Shown: positions 18,572 to 27,842 of the stretch, one piece after another | Numbering within the stretch: position 1 is the first letter of the stretch | How the letters are laid out: each line of letters begins with the position of its first letter | Source: Candidatus Giovannonibacteria bacterium | GTDB lineage: Bacteria; Patescibacteriota; Minisyncoccia; UBA11713; 2-01-FULL-45-33 | DNA length: 64,000 nt | Assembly (NCBI GenBank): GCA_016432405.1 | Contig: CP066687.1 | Coordinates: 42,456 to 106,455 of the forward strand | Direction of reading: 5' to 3' | Notes under the pieces: generated by a model | The model's input: only the letters and a program-made list of their open reading frames with translations | Told to the model about the DNA's origin: nothing | Databases searched by the model: none | Program-made: the position numbers and the translations under genes

Positions 18572-18602
18572 GTTATCTTGTTGTTCATATGCTCCAATTA
18601 TA

Positions 18603-19508
18603 TCATTCAGCGTTTAGTCTAGCCACAAGACTCGCAAAGCCCAATTCTTCAAAAATAGAGGTTAGTTTGTCTTTATTTGTTTGAAAGTTGGAAATTGGAA
18701 GTTGGAACTTAACCGGCGCGTCGCGGCGGATTGTTGCCAGCGTCTTTGAAAAAAACGCTTCTTTTTTATGTTCCTTCAGCAGCTGGATTGTCTTTTCTTT
18801 TAAACCACCAACAGCCCCGCCGGCCGCGTTGGCGGGGCTGCCCTGTTCTAATTTTTGATACAAATTTTCCAGCGTGTTGAAATTTTTAATAATCTCCGTC
18901 GCTGTTTTCTCGCCAATTCCCTTAATGCCCACAATGTTATCCGATGGGTCGCCTTTTAATCCTTTGAAATCAGGCAGCAGCTCCGGGCCGAAGCCGTATC
19001 TCTCTTCAACTTTCTTTTCATCATAAATTACCGTATCTTCAATCCCTTTCCGCAAAGTAAATACAACAACTCTGTCGCCATCAACCAACTGCAAAACGTC
19101 CATATCGCCGGAGACGATAATTGTTTTTGTGTCTTTTAGCTTTTTAGTCTGCTCAACAATCGTCCCTAAAACATCGTCCGCTTCAAATCCAGGGGCATCT
19201 AAAATCGGGATGCCGAACGCCTCAACGACATCTCTCGCGCGGATAAGTTGTTTTACTAAATCCTCTTCCGCCTCCGGCCGCTTGGCTTTGTAGCCATCGT
19301 AGGTGTCGTGACGAAAGGTCGGCTCCGGCCGGTCAAAAGCCGCCACGATATAATCGGGCTTTAGTTCGCGGATAACTTTCAAAAGCATGGCGGAGAGCCC
19401 ATACAGCGCCCCCGTCGGCTCGCCGGTATTTTTTGACGTAAACTTCGGCAGCGCGTGATACGCCCGATGAATCAAAGCGTGGGTGTCAAGTAGAACCAAT
19501 GTCTTCAT
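18603..19508 (-). CDS. Stand-alone 5'-3' exonuclease/flap endonuclease (PolA N-terminal domain only)
   Basis: LLDTHALIHRAYHALP, GFEADD, SGDMD, GDPSDNIVGIKGIGEKTA; stops at 301 aa. Confidence 0.9.
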   Translation of the reverse strand: MKTLVLLDTHALIHRAYHALPKFTSKNTGEPTGALYGLSAMLLKVIRELKPDYIVAAFDRPEPTFRHDTYDGYKAKRPEAEEDLVKQLIRARDVVEAFGIPILDAPGFEADDVLGTIVEQTKKLKDTKTIIVSGDMDVLQLVDGDRVVVFTLRKGIEDTVIYDEKKVEERYGFGPELLPDFKGLKGDPSDNIVGIKGIGEKTATEIIKNFNTLENLYQKLEQGSPANAAGGAVGGLKEKTIQLLKEHKKEAFFSKTLATIRRDAPVKFQLPISNFQTNKDKLTSIFEELGFASLVARLNAE

Positions 19509-19521
19509 AATTTCTTAATTT

Positions 19522-20088
19522 TTAATTCCTAATTTCTAATGAATTTCTAATTTTTAAATTTTTAAATATTGATTGAAAATTGAAAATTTCGGAATTGGAA
19601 ATTCGCAGAGTTCTTTCGTGTGGCAAATGCCCATGTCTAAATCGTAATATCAAAGCGCCACGCGGCATTATTATTTTAACGCGGTTCCCCCATTCTATTA
19701 AAATTATGTTTTGAGGATTGCGCATAAAATCGCGCCAATTTAAAATCTTAAAGTCCTTTGATTTTAAGCGGTAAGCGTCAACATGAATGAAATTTTTAAA
19801 CTTAACAAATTCGGCCGATCGGTTGAGTTTGTTAACTCCGTAAATTTGCATAATCACAAACGTTGGGCTTCTCGGATTTTCTTTAATTCCCAAACCCTTG
19901 GCGAATCCCTGCGTGAAAGTTGTTTTACCCGAACCTAGCTCGCCTTCCAAACTTAAAACCGTTGCGGTTTTAAGTTTGTCCGCCGAAGCTTTAGCGAAGG
20001 CGAATTTCAATACTTCTTGCGCCAAAATTTCTCCCAGTTTTTTTGTCTCTTTGCCGCTTCTGGTTAAAATCTCCACTTGTTCTTTCAT
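19522..20088 (-). CDS. tsaE: t6A biosynthesis ATPase TsaE
   Basis: LEGELGSGKTTFTQG, SPTFVI, HVDAYRL, LIEWG. Confidence 0.92.
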   Translation of the reverse strand: MKEQVEILTRSGKETKKLGEILAQEVLKFAFAKASADKLKTATVLSLEGELGSGKTTFTQGFAKGLGIKENPRSPTFVIMQIYGVNKLNRSAEFVKFKNFIHVDAYRLKSKDFKILNWRDFMRNPQNIILIEWGNRVKIIMPRGALILRFRHGHLPHERTLRISNSEIFNFQSIFKNLKIRNSLEIRN

Positions 20089-20125
20089 TAACCATAGTTT
20101 AGCAAAGAAAAATAAACGGGGCACA

Positions 20126-20521
20126 TCACTGTGCCCCTTCTGCCGGTGCCGGGGTCGGATTTTTTGGAGCGGTGGAAAAATCCACGGTCTCCTCACCGCA
20201 TCCGAAGATGCTCAAGAATCCGCCCAAACAAATCAGTCCCCCGCTCCTTTTCTTCACAGTCAACGTCGTCCCCGGCGGCGGGTTAATGATAGTCGTCCCG
20301 CCTCGGGCGTAGACGCTGTCGGGCGCGTATGGCGAATCGTCGTGGCGCCCGTCGTAATAACGGTCGCCATACCAGCGCCCGCCCCGATCAAACGACGCGT
20401 ACCGGCAGTGCGGCGTATCACACCGCAACCCAATTCCCTGTGCCTCAACCAGCTGTGGACCGGTCAGCTCGTAGCTCCAAAGCAACCAGAAAATTCCGGC
20501 AAAAACAATCATTTTCTTCAT
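20126..20521 (-). CDS. Hypothetical secreted protein
   Basis: Signal-like N-terminus, GGAGG SD, TTGACT-16-TATAAT at 20543-20570. Confidence 0.6.
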   Translation of the reverse strand: MKKMIVFAGIFWLLWSYELTGPQLVEAQGIGLRCDTPHCRYASFDRGGRWYGDRYYDGRHDDSPYAPDSVYARGGTTIINPPPGTTLTVKKRSGGLICLGGFLSIFGCGEETVDFSTAPKNPTPAPAEGAQ

Positions 20522-20642
20522 AAAAAGACCCTCCTGCCGTTAATTATACTCTTTCCGGCAAAAAAGTCAAGCCAGTTATCCACCTTGCCTGCCGGCTGGC
20601 GGGTTGCTTAAAAATTGCCCTCCGTGCTAGGAATTAATCATC

Positions 20643-21656
20643 ATGTCCGAAGCCGCGGAAAAATTTAAAGAGATTGTCCAGAAAGCCGACTCAATCGCAG
20701 TAAGCGTGGCCCCCGCGAACAAAGAACTTAATTTGCCGGACAATAAAAAATTGCTCGCGGGCTCAATACTCCACAATTTTTTTCTATCGCTCGGCAAGAA
20801 ATCCGCGCTGAACGAAACCGCACCGGAAGAAAACGTGCTGATACGGCTGGATACCAAAAAACTTCCAATTTCGGAACTTAAATATGAAAGAGACGGAGAC
20901 GAACTTAAAATTATCCTCAAAAGCCCGGAGAAATCTCCCGACATAAGCCATGTTTCGGTAAGCAAAGAAATCGCGCCGGCGGATCTTTTGGTGCTCATAG
21001 ACCCGCCGGAGGATGAAATTCCCGGACTGCTGGAAAAAACGGCGCACCGCGACGTGGTAAAACTGACGGCCAAAGAAAAACATCTTGCCGCAAAGCTTGC
21101 GGAGCTTCTGGAAATATTTGATAAAAAGTTTCTGGAAGGAGCCAAAGAAAATTTGTGGATACTGCTCTCCTCCGAAGAAAAAGCGCTTGCGGCCCATTCA
21201 CAAAACGGGTATCTGCTCTTGCAAAAACTGCTGGAGCTCGGGCTTGACGAGGAAAAAGCGAAAAAAGCGCGGCTGGAGAAAAAATCGGCTTTTTGGAAAC
21301 TTCTGGGCCGGGCGCTTGCCAGAAGCGAGTATGAAGAAAATATCGGAACGGCTTGGTCTTTTCTGCCGAAAGCGGATTTCCAAAAAACCGGAGCGGGGCA
21401 GGACGCCATTTTAGAAATTTTTGAAGAATTCCGGGCGGAGATGGCCGGCGCCGGTTTTTGGGCGCTCTTATGGGAAACCTCTTCGGAGCCAAAAAAAATA
21501 TCCGCAGTTATCTCATCTGCCGACAATTCAAAACTTGCGCCGCTGGCGGGGCTTTTCGGGGCCTCTTTGGCCTCATCGTGTATTTTTGCGAGCGGCTTTT
21601 CGGCTTTTTCCGAAGCCGAAATTAAAATACGCGGCCACATAAAGAAAGTTCTTTGA
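20643..21656 (+). CDS. Degenerate DHH-phosphoesterase-like protein
   Basis: Resembles CPR DHH-like proteins (ELKYE...LKIIL, WKLLGRALAR); no DHH motif seen. Confidence 0.55.
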   Translation: MSEAAEKFKEIVQKADSIAVSVAPANKELNLPDNKKLLAGSILHNFFLSLGKKSALNETAPEENVLIRLDTKKLPISELKYERDGDELKIILKSPEKSPDISHVSVSKEIAPADLLVLIDPPEDEIPGLLEKTAHRDVVKLTAKEKHLAAKLAELLEIFDKKFLEGAKENLWILLSSEEKALAAHSQNGYLLLQKLLELGLDEEKAKKARLEKKSAFWKLLGRALARSEYEENIGTAWSFLPKADFQKTGAGQDAILEIFEEFRAEMAGAGFWALLWETSSEPKKISAVISSADNSKLAPLAGLFGASLASSCIFASGFSAFSEAEIKIRGHIKKVL

Positions 21657-21674
21657 TAATGCTATAATTGAAGA

Positions 21675-23342
21675 ATGCCCAAGGATGACACTATCTCCGA
21701 GCTCCGAAAAAAAGAAGAAGAAGATTTGGCGCGGATTTTGGCGCAAAAACACGGACTTACTTATCTTGACCTCTCACGCATCACGATTGATTTGGATTCG
21801 CTCAAGATAATTCCAGAAGAGACCGCGCGGGCGAATTCCGTAGCCGTGATACAAAGCGTTGGGAAAAAACTGCAGGTTGCGCTTACGAACCCGGAGCGGC
21901 CGGCGGTTAAAGAAGTTTTGGAAAATCTTAAAGCGAAAAAATATGAACCCCAGCTTTTTTTGGTCTCCCCTTCCGGCCTGGAAAAGGCCTTGTCCAAATA
22001 CAAAGAGATTCCGCGTTTTGAGGAAATCAAGGCGGGGATTATAGACATCTCCCCCGACAAGCTCGCGGCCTTCGCCGAAACCGCCGGGTCTTTTGAAAAA
22101 TTCAAAGAGGCCGTCTCCGCCATGGCGCGCGAAAAAGAAGCGAAAAAGGCCTCCGACGCGCTTGAGCTGATTCTGGCCGGAGCGTTAGGAGTTGAAGCGT
22201 CGGATGTGCATATAGAGCCGTCGGAGAAGACCGCCAAAATAAGATTGCGGATGGACGGAGTTTTGCAGGACGCGGCCGAGATACCGCTGCCGCTTTTTTC
22301 GCTGCTGCTCTCCCGGATAAAACTCATATCGGAACTCAAGCTTAATATCCACGACAAGCCCCAGGACGGCAGGTTCACCATAAAAACCCAAAAAGAGGAT
22401 ATAGAAGTCAGGACTTCCGCGCTGCCGGGCCCTTACGGAGAATCCGTAGTTATGCGGCTTTTACTGCCCAAGACCATTTCCATAACTTTTGACGGACTCG
22501 GCATGCAGCCCCCGGTTTATAAAATGATGAAAGGCGAGCTTGTCCGTCCCAATGGAATGATTCTTACGACCGGCCCCACCGGCTCCGGCAAAACCACAAC
22601 CCTTTACTCTTTTTTAAAAACCATCGCTTCGCAGGAAGTAAAAGTAATAACAATAGAAGACCCGATTGAATACCATCTGCCCAACATTACCCAAACGCAG
22701 GTGGATCCCGCAAAAGGATACGATTTCGGAAACGGCCTCCGCTCAATTTTGCGGCAGGACCCGGACATCATACTGGTCGGTGAAATCCGCGACTTGGAAA
22801 CCGCGGAGATAGCAATGCACGCGGCGCTCACGGGGCATCTGGTTTTCTCCACCCTTCACACCAACGACGCCGCCGGAACAATCCCCCGGCTTATAGATCT
22901 GGGGGTTAAAACAAATATCATCTCGCCGGCCCTGAATTTGGTCATAGCCCAACGCCTCGTGAGAATACTCTGCAAAGAGTGCAAAATACAGGTTTCTCCG
23001 TCGGTTGGAGAAAAAAGGGCGATTTTAAAAACCGTCTCCGAGCTCCCGCCGTCTTACAAAGAGTTATTACCGCCTCCGCCAGCTGGCAGATTCAAAATAT
23101 GGAAAGCAGCCGGCTGCGCGGCCTGCAACGGCACGGGATTTAAAGGGAGAATCGGCATCTTTGAAGCATTTCTTATTGATAACGAAATGGAGCGGCTGAT
23201 AATCAAAAACCCGCCGAAAGCGGACATTGAAGAAGCTGCAAAAAAACAGGGAATGGCGACAATGTATCAGGACGGTGCGTTGAAAGTTCTGGACGGGATT
23301 ACGTCCTTTGAAGAATTAAACAGGGTCGTTTCTGAAGAGTAG
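21675..23342 (+). CDS. pilB: Type IV pilus/T2SS assembly ATPase (GspE/PilB)
   Basis: ASDVHIEP, PQDGRF, GPTGSGKTTTLY, TIEDPIEY, LRQDPD, CxxC pairs. Confidence 0.92.
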   Translation: MPKDDTISELRKKEEEDLARILAQKHGLTYLDLSRITIDLDSLKIIPEETARANSVAVIQSVGKKLQVALTNPERPAVKEVLENLKAKKYEPQLFLVSPSGLEKALSKYKEIPRFEEIKAGIIDISPDKLAAFAETAGSFEKFKEAVSAMAREKEAKKASDALELILAGALGVEASDVHIEPSEKTAKIRLRMDGVLQDAAEIPLPLFSLLLSRIKLISELKLNIHDKPQDGRFTIKTQKEDIEVRTSALPGPYGESVVMRLLLPKTISITFDGLGMQPPVYKMMKGELVRPNGMILTTGPTGSGKTTTLYSFLKTIASQEVKVITIEDPIEYHLPNITQTQVDPAKGYDFGNGLRSILRQDPDIILVGEIRDLETAEIAMHAALTGHLVFSTLHTNDAAGTIPRLIDLGVKTNIISPALNLVIAQRLVRILCKECKIQVSPSVGEKRAILKTVSELPPSYKELLPPPPAGRFKIWKAAGCAACNGTGFKGRIGIFEAFLIDNEMERLIIKNPPKADIEEAAKKQGMATMYQDGALKVLDGITSFEELNRVVSEE

Positions 23343-23500
23343 TCTCTAGGCAATTGCTCTTCCATGGGTAGATAGAGCTTAGATTTTCTCCGAGGAGTGG
23401 CGCCGCGTCTCTTGCGTAAAACAAGGCGCCGAGCCATCCTAGGACTAAGAGAAAAATCCGCTTTCTCCCCGCATAGCGGAGGGAAAATCGCCTAGAGACC
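23341..23500 (-). ncRNA. Candidate structured ncRNA (6S-like geometry, unassigned)
   Basis: 15-bp closing stem, two side hairpins and a long central rod. Several non-WC positions are G-U on the minus strand. TGnTATAAT at 23537-23545. Confidence 0.6.
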
Positions 23501-23558
23501 ACTTTCCGGAAACACGGCTTTTTATAAATCTTTCCCATTATAGCAAATTAAATAGCAT

Positions 23559-24602
23559 ATGTCAAGTGTCAGCCAAAACATTGAATTGTCTCCGAAAAAG
23601 AAGAGTGAAGACCTGTCTTTGGACGTGGCTTTGCGGCCGAAGTCGTTTGAAGAATACGTGGGGCAGGACAAAGTCAAAAGAAACCTGAAAATTTTAATTG
23701 AGGCCGCGAAAAAACGCGGCGAGCCGCTGGAGCACCTTCTTTTTTACGGCCCGGCGGGATTGGGCAAGACCACTCTCGCCTACCTCATAGCCAAGGAAAC
23801 GGCGAGTCAGATTAAAATCACCTCGGGGCCGGCCGTGGAGAAAATCGGAGACCTGGCTTCAATTCTAACCAATCTTTCGCCTGGAGACATATTATTTATA
23901 GACGAAGCGCATCGTCTAAACAAGCTAATAGAAGAAATTTTGTATCCGGCGATGGAGAACCGGTCCTTGGACATAATAATAGGAAAAGGCCCCTCGGCGC
24001 GGACAATACAACTGGAGCTTCCGCCTTTCACCTTAATAGCCGCTACGACCAGAATCGCCCTGCTTTCCTCGCCGCTCCGCTCGCGCTTTTCTGGAGGAGC
24101 GTTCAGATTGGATTTTTATAATCAACCCGACATAGAAAAGATAATCAAGCGGAGCGCGGGGATTTTAAGCGTCCAAATTGAAGCCGGCGCAGTTCCCTTA
24201 ATCGCCTCGCGCTCTAGATTTACCCCCAGGATAGCCAACCGGCTTTTGAAGCGAGCTCGTGATTTCGCGGAGGTGAAAGGTCCGCCAGCTGGCGGAGGCG
24301 TAGTGACTTCCGCGCTCGCGGAGGAAGCGCTGAAACTTTTGGAAATAGACGAGCTCGGCTTGGAAGCGGTGGACAGAAAAATTCTGGACACCATAATCAG
24401 AAAATTCGCCGGCGGGCCGGTAGGACTTTCTACCATCTCTGCTTCCACTATGGAAGAAGAGGACACAATTGAGGAAATCTACGAACCGTATTTGATGCAG
24501 TTGGGCTTCCTTGAGCGCACCCCCCGCGGCCGCCTAGCAACCCCTCGCGCGTATGAACATCTGGGACTGAAAGCGCCGAGCGACCAGCAGAAATTGATTT
24601 AA
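23559..24602 (+). CDS. ruvB: Holliday junction DNA helicase RuvB
   Basis: LRPKSFEEYVGQ, GPAGLGKTT, FTLIAATTR, YEPYL, RTPRGR. Confidence 0.97.
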   Translation: MSSVSQNIELSPKKKSEDLSLDVALRPKSFEEYVGQDKVKRNLKILIEAAKKRGEPLEHLLFYGPAGLGKTTLAYLIAKETASQIKITSGPAVEKIGDLASILTNLSPGDILFIDEAHRLNKLIEEILYPAMENRSLDIIIGKGPSARTIQLELPPFTLIAATTRIALLSSPLRSRFSGGAFRLDFYNQPDIEKIIKRSAGILSVQIEAGAVPLIASRSRFTPRIANRLLKRARDFAEVKGPPAGGGVVTSALAEEALKLLEIDELGLEAVDRKILDTIIRKFAGGPVGLSTISASTMEEEDTIEEIYEPYLMQLGFLERTPRGRLATPRAYEHLGLKAPSDQQKLI

Positions 24603-24626
24603 TGCTTTTAATGCTATTATAGAAGC

Positions 24627-24827
24627 ATGGCTTTCGTTGTGGCGCTGGTTTTGTATGTCTTGTTTCTTGCCGTTTATTGGTTTTTTGTGCTGTCAATTTT
24701 GTGGCATGTCCGGGAATACACCATGCCGCAGGACGGCTCGCGCTGGATTATCTGGGCTTTTTTGGGAATAATAGTTTTTTTGAATACAGTGTCCCTCGCA
24801 TTATTTTTTAGCCTGCCGCTGGCATGA
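24627..24827 (+). CDS. Small two-TM membrane protein
   Basis: 66-aa hydrophobic ORF; ATGA overlap with the next gene. Confidence 0.6.
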   Translation: MAFVVALVLYVLFLAVYWFFVLSILWHVREYTMPQDGSRWIIWAFLGIIVFLNTVSLALFFSLPLA

Positions 24828-25330
24828 TTCATCTTTCCCAAAATGAAAAAGTTTTAATGGTTTTGCACCGCCATTGGATAGTAATCGTCCTGAAATTTCT
24901 CATCGGCGTTATTTTGCTGATCTTGCCGGCCGCCGCGGCTCCTTTTTTCCCTGCCGCCGAGGCCGCGGGCGGGATTTCGCAGGTGGTTCTCTGGTTTTTC
25001 GCGCTGATTTATCTGCTTATAATTATGGCCGTAATGTTCTTTTTTTGGATTGACTATTATTTGGACGTCTGGATAATAACCTCGGAAAGAATCGTGGACA
25101 TAAATCAAAAGGGTCTTTTTAACCGCGATGTTTCAGAATTTATGCTGGATAAGGTTCAGGATATCACGATAGAAATCCCGAACATGGCTGCGTCGCTGCT
25201 TAGGTACGGCAATATTATAATCCAAACCGCCGGCGAGAGGTCTTTCGCCATAAAGCAGGTGCCGCGAATATACGAAGCGAAAAACTTAATACTGGATTAC
25301 GCGAAAAAACAAAATGTCGGGGCACTCTAA
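24824..25330 (+). CDS. Bacterial PH domain (bPH_2) membrane protein
   Basis: HRHW, YYLDVWIITSERIVDINQKGLF, YGNIIIQTAG. Confidence 0.8.
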   Translation: MIHLSQNEKVLMVLHRHWIVIVLKFLIGVILLILPAAAAPFFPAAEAAGGISQVVLWFFALIYLLIIMAVMFFFWIDYYLDVWIITSERIVDINQKGLFNRDVSEFMLDKVQDITIEIPNMAASLLRYGNIIIQTAGERSFAIKQVPRIYEAKNLILDYAKKQNVGAL

Positions 25331-25889
25331 ATGGGCGCAGATAAAATATAAAAAGGGCTTAACGGACGCGAAACGCGGGAAAATTTTTTCCAAGCTCTCG
25401 CGGCTGATAACCATCGCTGCCAAGAGTCCGCCGGCTGGCCCCGACGGCGCCGTCGGGGCTGGCGGAGGGCCTGACCCCAAAATCAACTCACGCCTCGCCG
25501 CCGCGATAGAAGAGGCGCGGAAAGCAAACATGCCCTCGGACAATATTAACCGAGCGATTAAAAAGGCATCAGCCAAAGAAAGTATAGAGTTAAAAGAAGT
25601 TATTTACGAAGCGTACGGCCCAGGCGGGTCGGCCATTATCGTCGTCGCCGTCACCGACAACCCCAACCGCACTACCAATGAAATCAAACACATTCTTTCT
25701 GAACACGGCGCGAAACTCGGCGTTGAGGGCTCTGTGATGTGGGCTTTTGATAAAAAAGATAAAGAATATATCGCAAAGTATCCCGTTTCACTCTCCGGCG
25801 ATGACTCTAAAAAATTTGAAGCGCTTCTGGAAGCCCTCTCCGACCACGACGACGCGCAGGAAGTTTATTCTAACGCGGAAATAAAATGA
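25314..25889 (+). CDS. yebC: YebC/PmpR family protein (short form)
   Basis: MSGHSKWAQIK, YEAYGPGG, TDNPNRT, DDAQEVYSN. Confidence 0.93.
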   Translation: MSGHSKWAQIKYKKGLTDAKRGKIFSKLSRLITIAAKSPPAGPDGAVGAGGGPDPKINSRLAAAIEEARKANMPSDNINRAIKKASAKESIELKEVIYEAYGPGGSAIIVVAVTDNPNRTTNEIKHILSEHGAKLGVEGSVMWAFDKKDKEYIAKYPVSLSGDDSKKFEALLEALSDHDDAQEVYSNAEIK

Positions 25890-26362
25890 AAATTTTAGGA
25901 ATTGACCCCGGGATAGAGAGATTGGGGTGGGGGTTGTTGGAAAAAAACGCGGACGGAATCAGGAGAATTGATTCCGGAGTTAAAAAAACGCTGAAAACCC
26001 GAAAAGAAAGCGAACGGCTTTGGGAAATTTTTGAGTTTTTGGATAAATTAATCAAAACAACAAAGCCCGACGCGCTTTCCACGGAAAAATTGTTCTTTGC
26101 CAAAAACGTAAAAACCGCTCTTATAATCGGCGAGGTCAGGGGGGTGATATTGGCGGTTGCCCAAAAGCACGGCCTCCCGGTAAGCGAATTCACCCCGTCG
26201 GAGGTGAAGATGGCCGTCTGTGGATATGGCCGGGCCAGCAAGGAAAGCGTGGCCTCTATGCTCGCAATTTCCATAAACTTGCCTAAAATCAAGCTGCTGG
26301 ACGACGAAACTGACGCTTTGGCAATAGCCCTTACCGGACTAGTAAGGAGCCGTTTTCCATAA
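25886..26362 (+). CDS. ruvC: Holliday junction resolvase RuvC
   Basis: ILGIDPG, EKLFF, GYGRASK, DDETDALAIA. Confidence 0.93.
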   Translation: MKILGIDPGIERLGWGLLEKNADGIRRIDSGVKKTLKTRKESERLWEIFEFLDKLIKTTKPDALSTEKLFFAKNVKTALIIGEVRGVILAVAQKHGLPVSEFTPSEVKMAVCGYGRASKESVASMLAISINLPKIKLLDDETDALAIALTGLVRSRFP

Positions 26363-26448
26363 CTTATCCACAAGCCCTGTTTGCGCCCAATTTTAAACTT
26401 TCCTAAACTTTGAAAGATAAGATTAAAAGGGCGTAAAATTTTTAAAAT

Positions 26449-26616
26449 ATGGCCAATAAGAAAAACAGCGGGTTCGGCGATTCTGTAAGCGACGATGCGC
26501 TGAACGGCGATATCGGCGCAGATGAAAAAGATGCCGGTTCGGACGGCGAAAACGACGACGCGGAAGAGTTGGAAAATCCGGATTCGTGGGAGTTGGAAGA
26601 GGATGTGGAAGAGTAA
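26449..26616 (+). CDS. 55-aa highly acidic microprotein (not in the ORF track)
   Basis: MANKKNSGFGDSVSDDALNGDIGADEKDAGSDGENDDAEELENPDSWELEEDVEE*; fills the ruvC-tyrS gap. Confidence 0.6.
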   Translation: MANKKNSGFGDSVSDDALNGDIGADEKDAGSDGENDDAEELENPDSWELEEDVEE

Positions 26617-26617
26617 A

Positions 26618-27790
26618 TCATTTAACTTCCACTTTTATAAATTTATATTTTCCTATTTTAACAACGCCGTTCTCAACGGCTCCTCCGGCGCGTAAAACTC
26701 TGCGCCCGTTCAAATCAACCCCCCCTCCAGCGATAAGCCGCTTGGCATCCGATTTTGATTTTGCAAGTTTCGCTCTCGCCAAAAAATCGGCCCATTCCTC
26801 TCCCGTCCGCGCGTAGAAAGTTTTTAAATTTGCGGGGGTTTCCTTTTCGGAAAAAGCTTTTTCAAAGTTTTCTCTGGCTTTTTCCGCCGTTGCCTTAGAA
26901 TGCAGAAGGCTTGTAATCTCAAAAGCTAATCTTTTTTTTCTTTCCAGAATGGGCAATTTCTCAATCCGTTTTATCTCTTCGCCGGAAAGGCCGGTGAGCA
27001 GAAGAAAATATTTTTGAACCAGCGCGTCCGGCACGGACATAACTTTTGCGAACATGCTGTTCGGTTTTTCGTTAAAGGCAATGTAGTTTTCGTAACTTTT
27101 GCTCATCTTTCGCGCGCCGTCGGTGCCTTCAAGTAAAGGCATTATCAATATATCCTGCTCGGGGACGCCGAAATGGCGCTGGACTTTTCTGCCCATCAGC
27201 AAGTTAAACCTCTGATCGGAACCGCCCAATTCCGCATCGGCTCTTACAACGACCGAATCATACCCCTGCATCAGAGGATAAAGCATCTCGAGCACCGTAA
27301 CGTCGCGGCCGGCGTCAATCCTCGTCTTAAAATCCGCCCGCCGCAGAATCTGTTGCATACTGCCGGCGCGCGCAAGTTCAAAGAGCACAGCCAACGAATC
27401 TCTTGCGCCGAACCACTCGCTATTATAACGGACCTCCGTTTTGTCTATGTTTAAAATTTTGCCGGCCTGTGCAAAATATGTTTTCATGTTATTTTTAACT
27501 TCCTTTTCAGAAAGCATTTTTCTTTCCTCCGACCTCCCGGACGGGTCGCCGATTCTGGCTGTGAAATCGCCGACTATTAAAACCGCCTTGTGCCCGGCAT
27601 TTTGGAATTGCAGCAATTTGCGCAGCGGTACCATGTGTCCCAAGTGTAAATCTGGAGAAGTCGGGTCTATGCCGAATTTAACGCGCAGTTTTCTGCCGGA
27701 CTTTAAGATTTCTCCGAAATGATTTGCATCAATAATATTCTCAACGCCTCTTTCCAAAATTTCCTTGATTTTCTCGTCGCGCGTTTTCAT
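26618..27790 (-). CDS. tyrS: Tyrosine-tRNA ligase
   Basis: GIDPTSPDLHLGH, YPLMQGYD, GGSDQ, KMSKS, S4-like C-terminus. Confidence 0.96.
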   Translation of the reverse strand: MKTRDEKIKEILERGVENIIDANHFGEILKSGRKLRVKFGIDPTSPDLHLGHMVPLRKLLQFQNAGHKAVLIVGDFTARIGDPSGRSEERKMLSEKEVKNNMKTYFAQAGKILNIDKTEVRYNSEWFGARDSLAVLFELARAGSMQQILRRADFKTRIDAGRDVTVLEMLYPLMQGYDSVVVRADAELGGSDQRFNLLMGRKVQRHFGVPEQDILIMPLLEGTDGARKMSKSYENYIAFNEKPNSMFAKVMSVPDALVQKYFLLLTGLSGEEIKRIEKLPILERKKRLAFEITSLLHSKATAEKARENFEKAFSEKETPANLKTFYARTGEEWADFLARAKLAKSKSDAKRLIAGGGVDLNGRRVLRAGGAVENGVVKIGKYKFIKVEVK

Positions 27791-27842
27791 AACAATATTC
27801 TTACACTACCATAACCGCAAAAAATCTTCTATAATAAGCCGC

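Noticed and set aside
20627-21640. 337-aa antisense ORF
   Set aside because: Ser/Phe-rich mirror of the Glu/Lys-rich plus-strand gene
23299-23538. 79-aa minus-strand ORF
   Set aside because: Its ATG overlaps the -10 box, it overlaps pilB, and the region is better explained as structured RNA
26364-26372. Perfect DnaA box as oriC
   Set aside because: Single isolated box about 5 kb from dnaA, with no cluster
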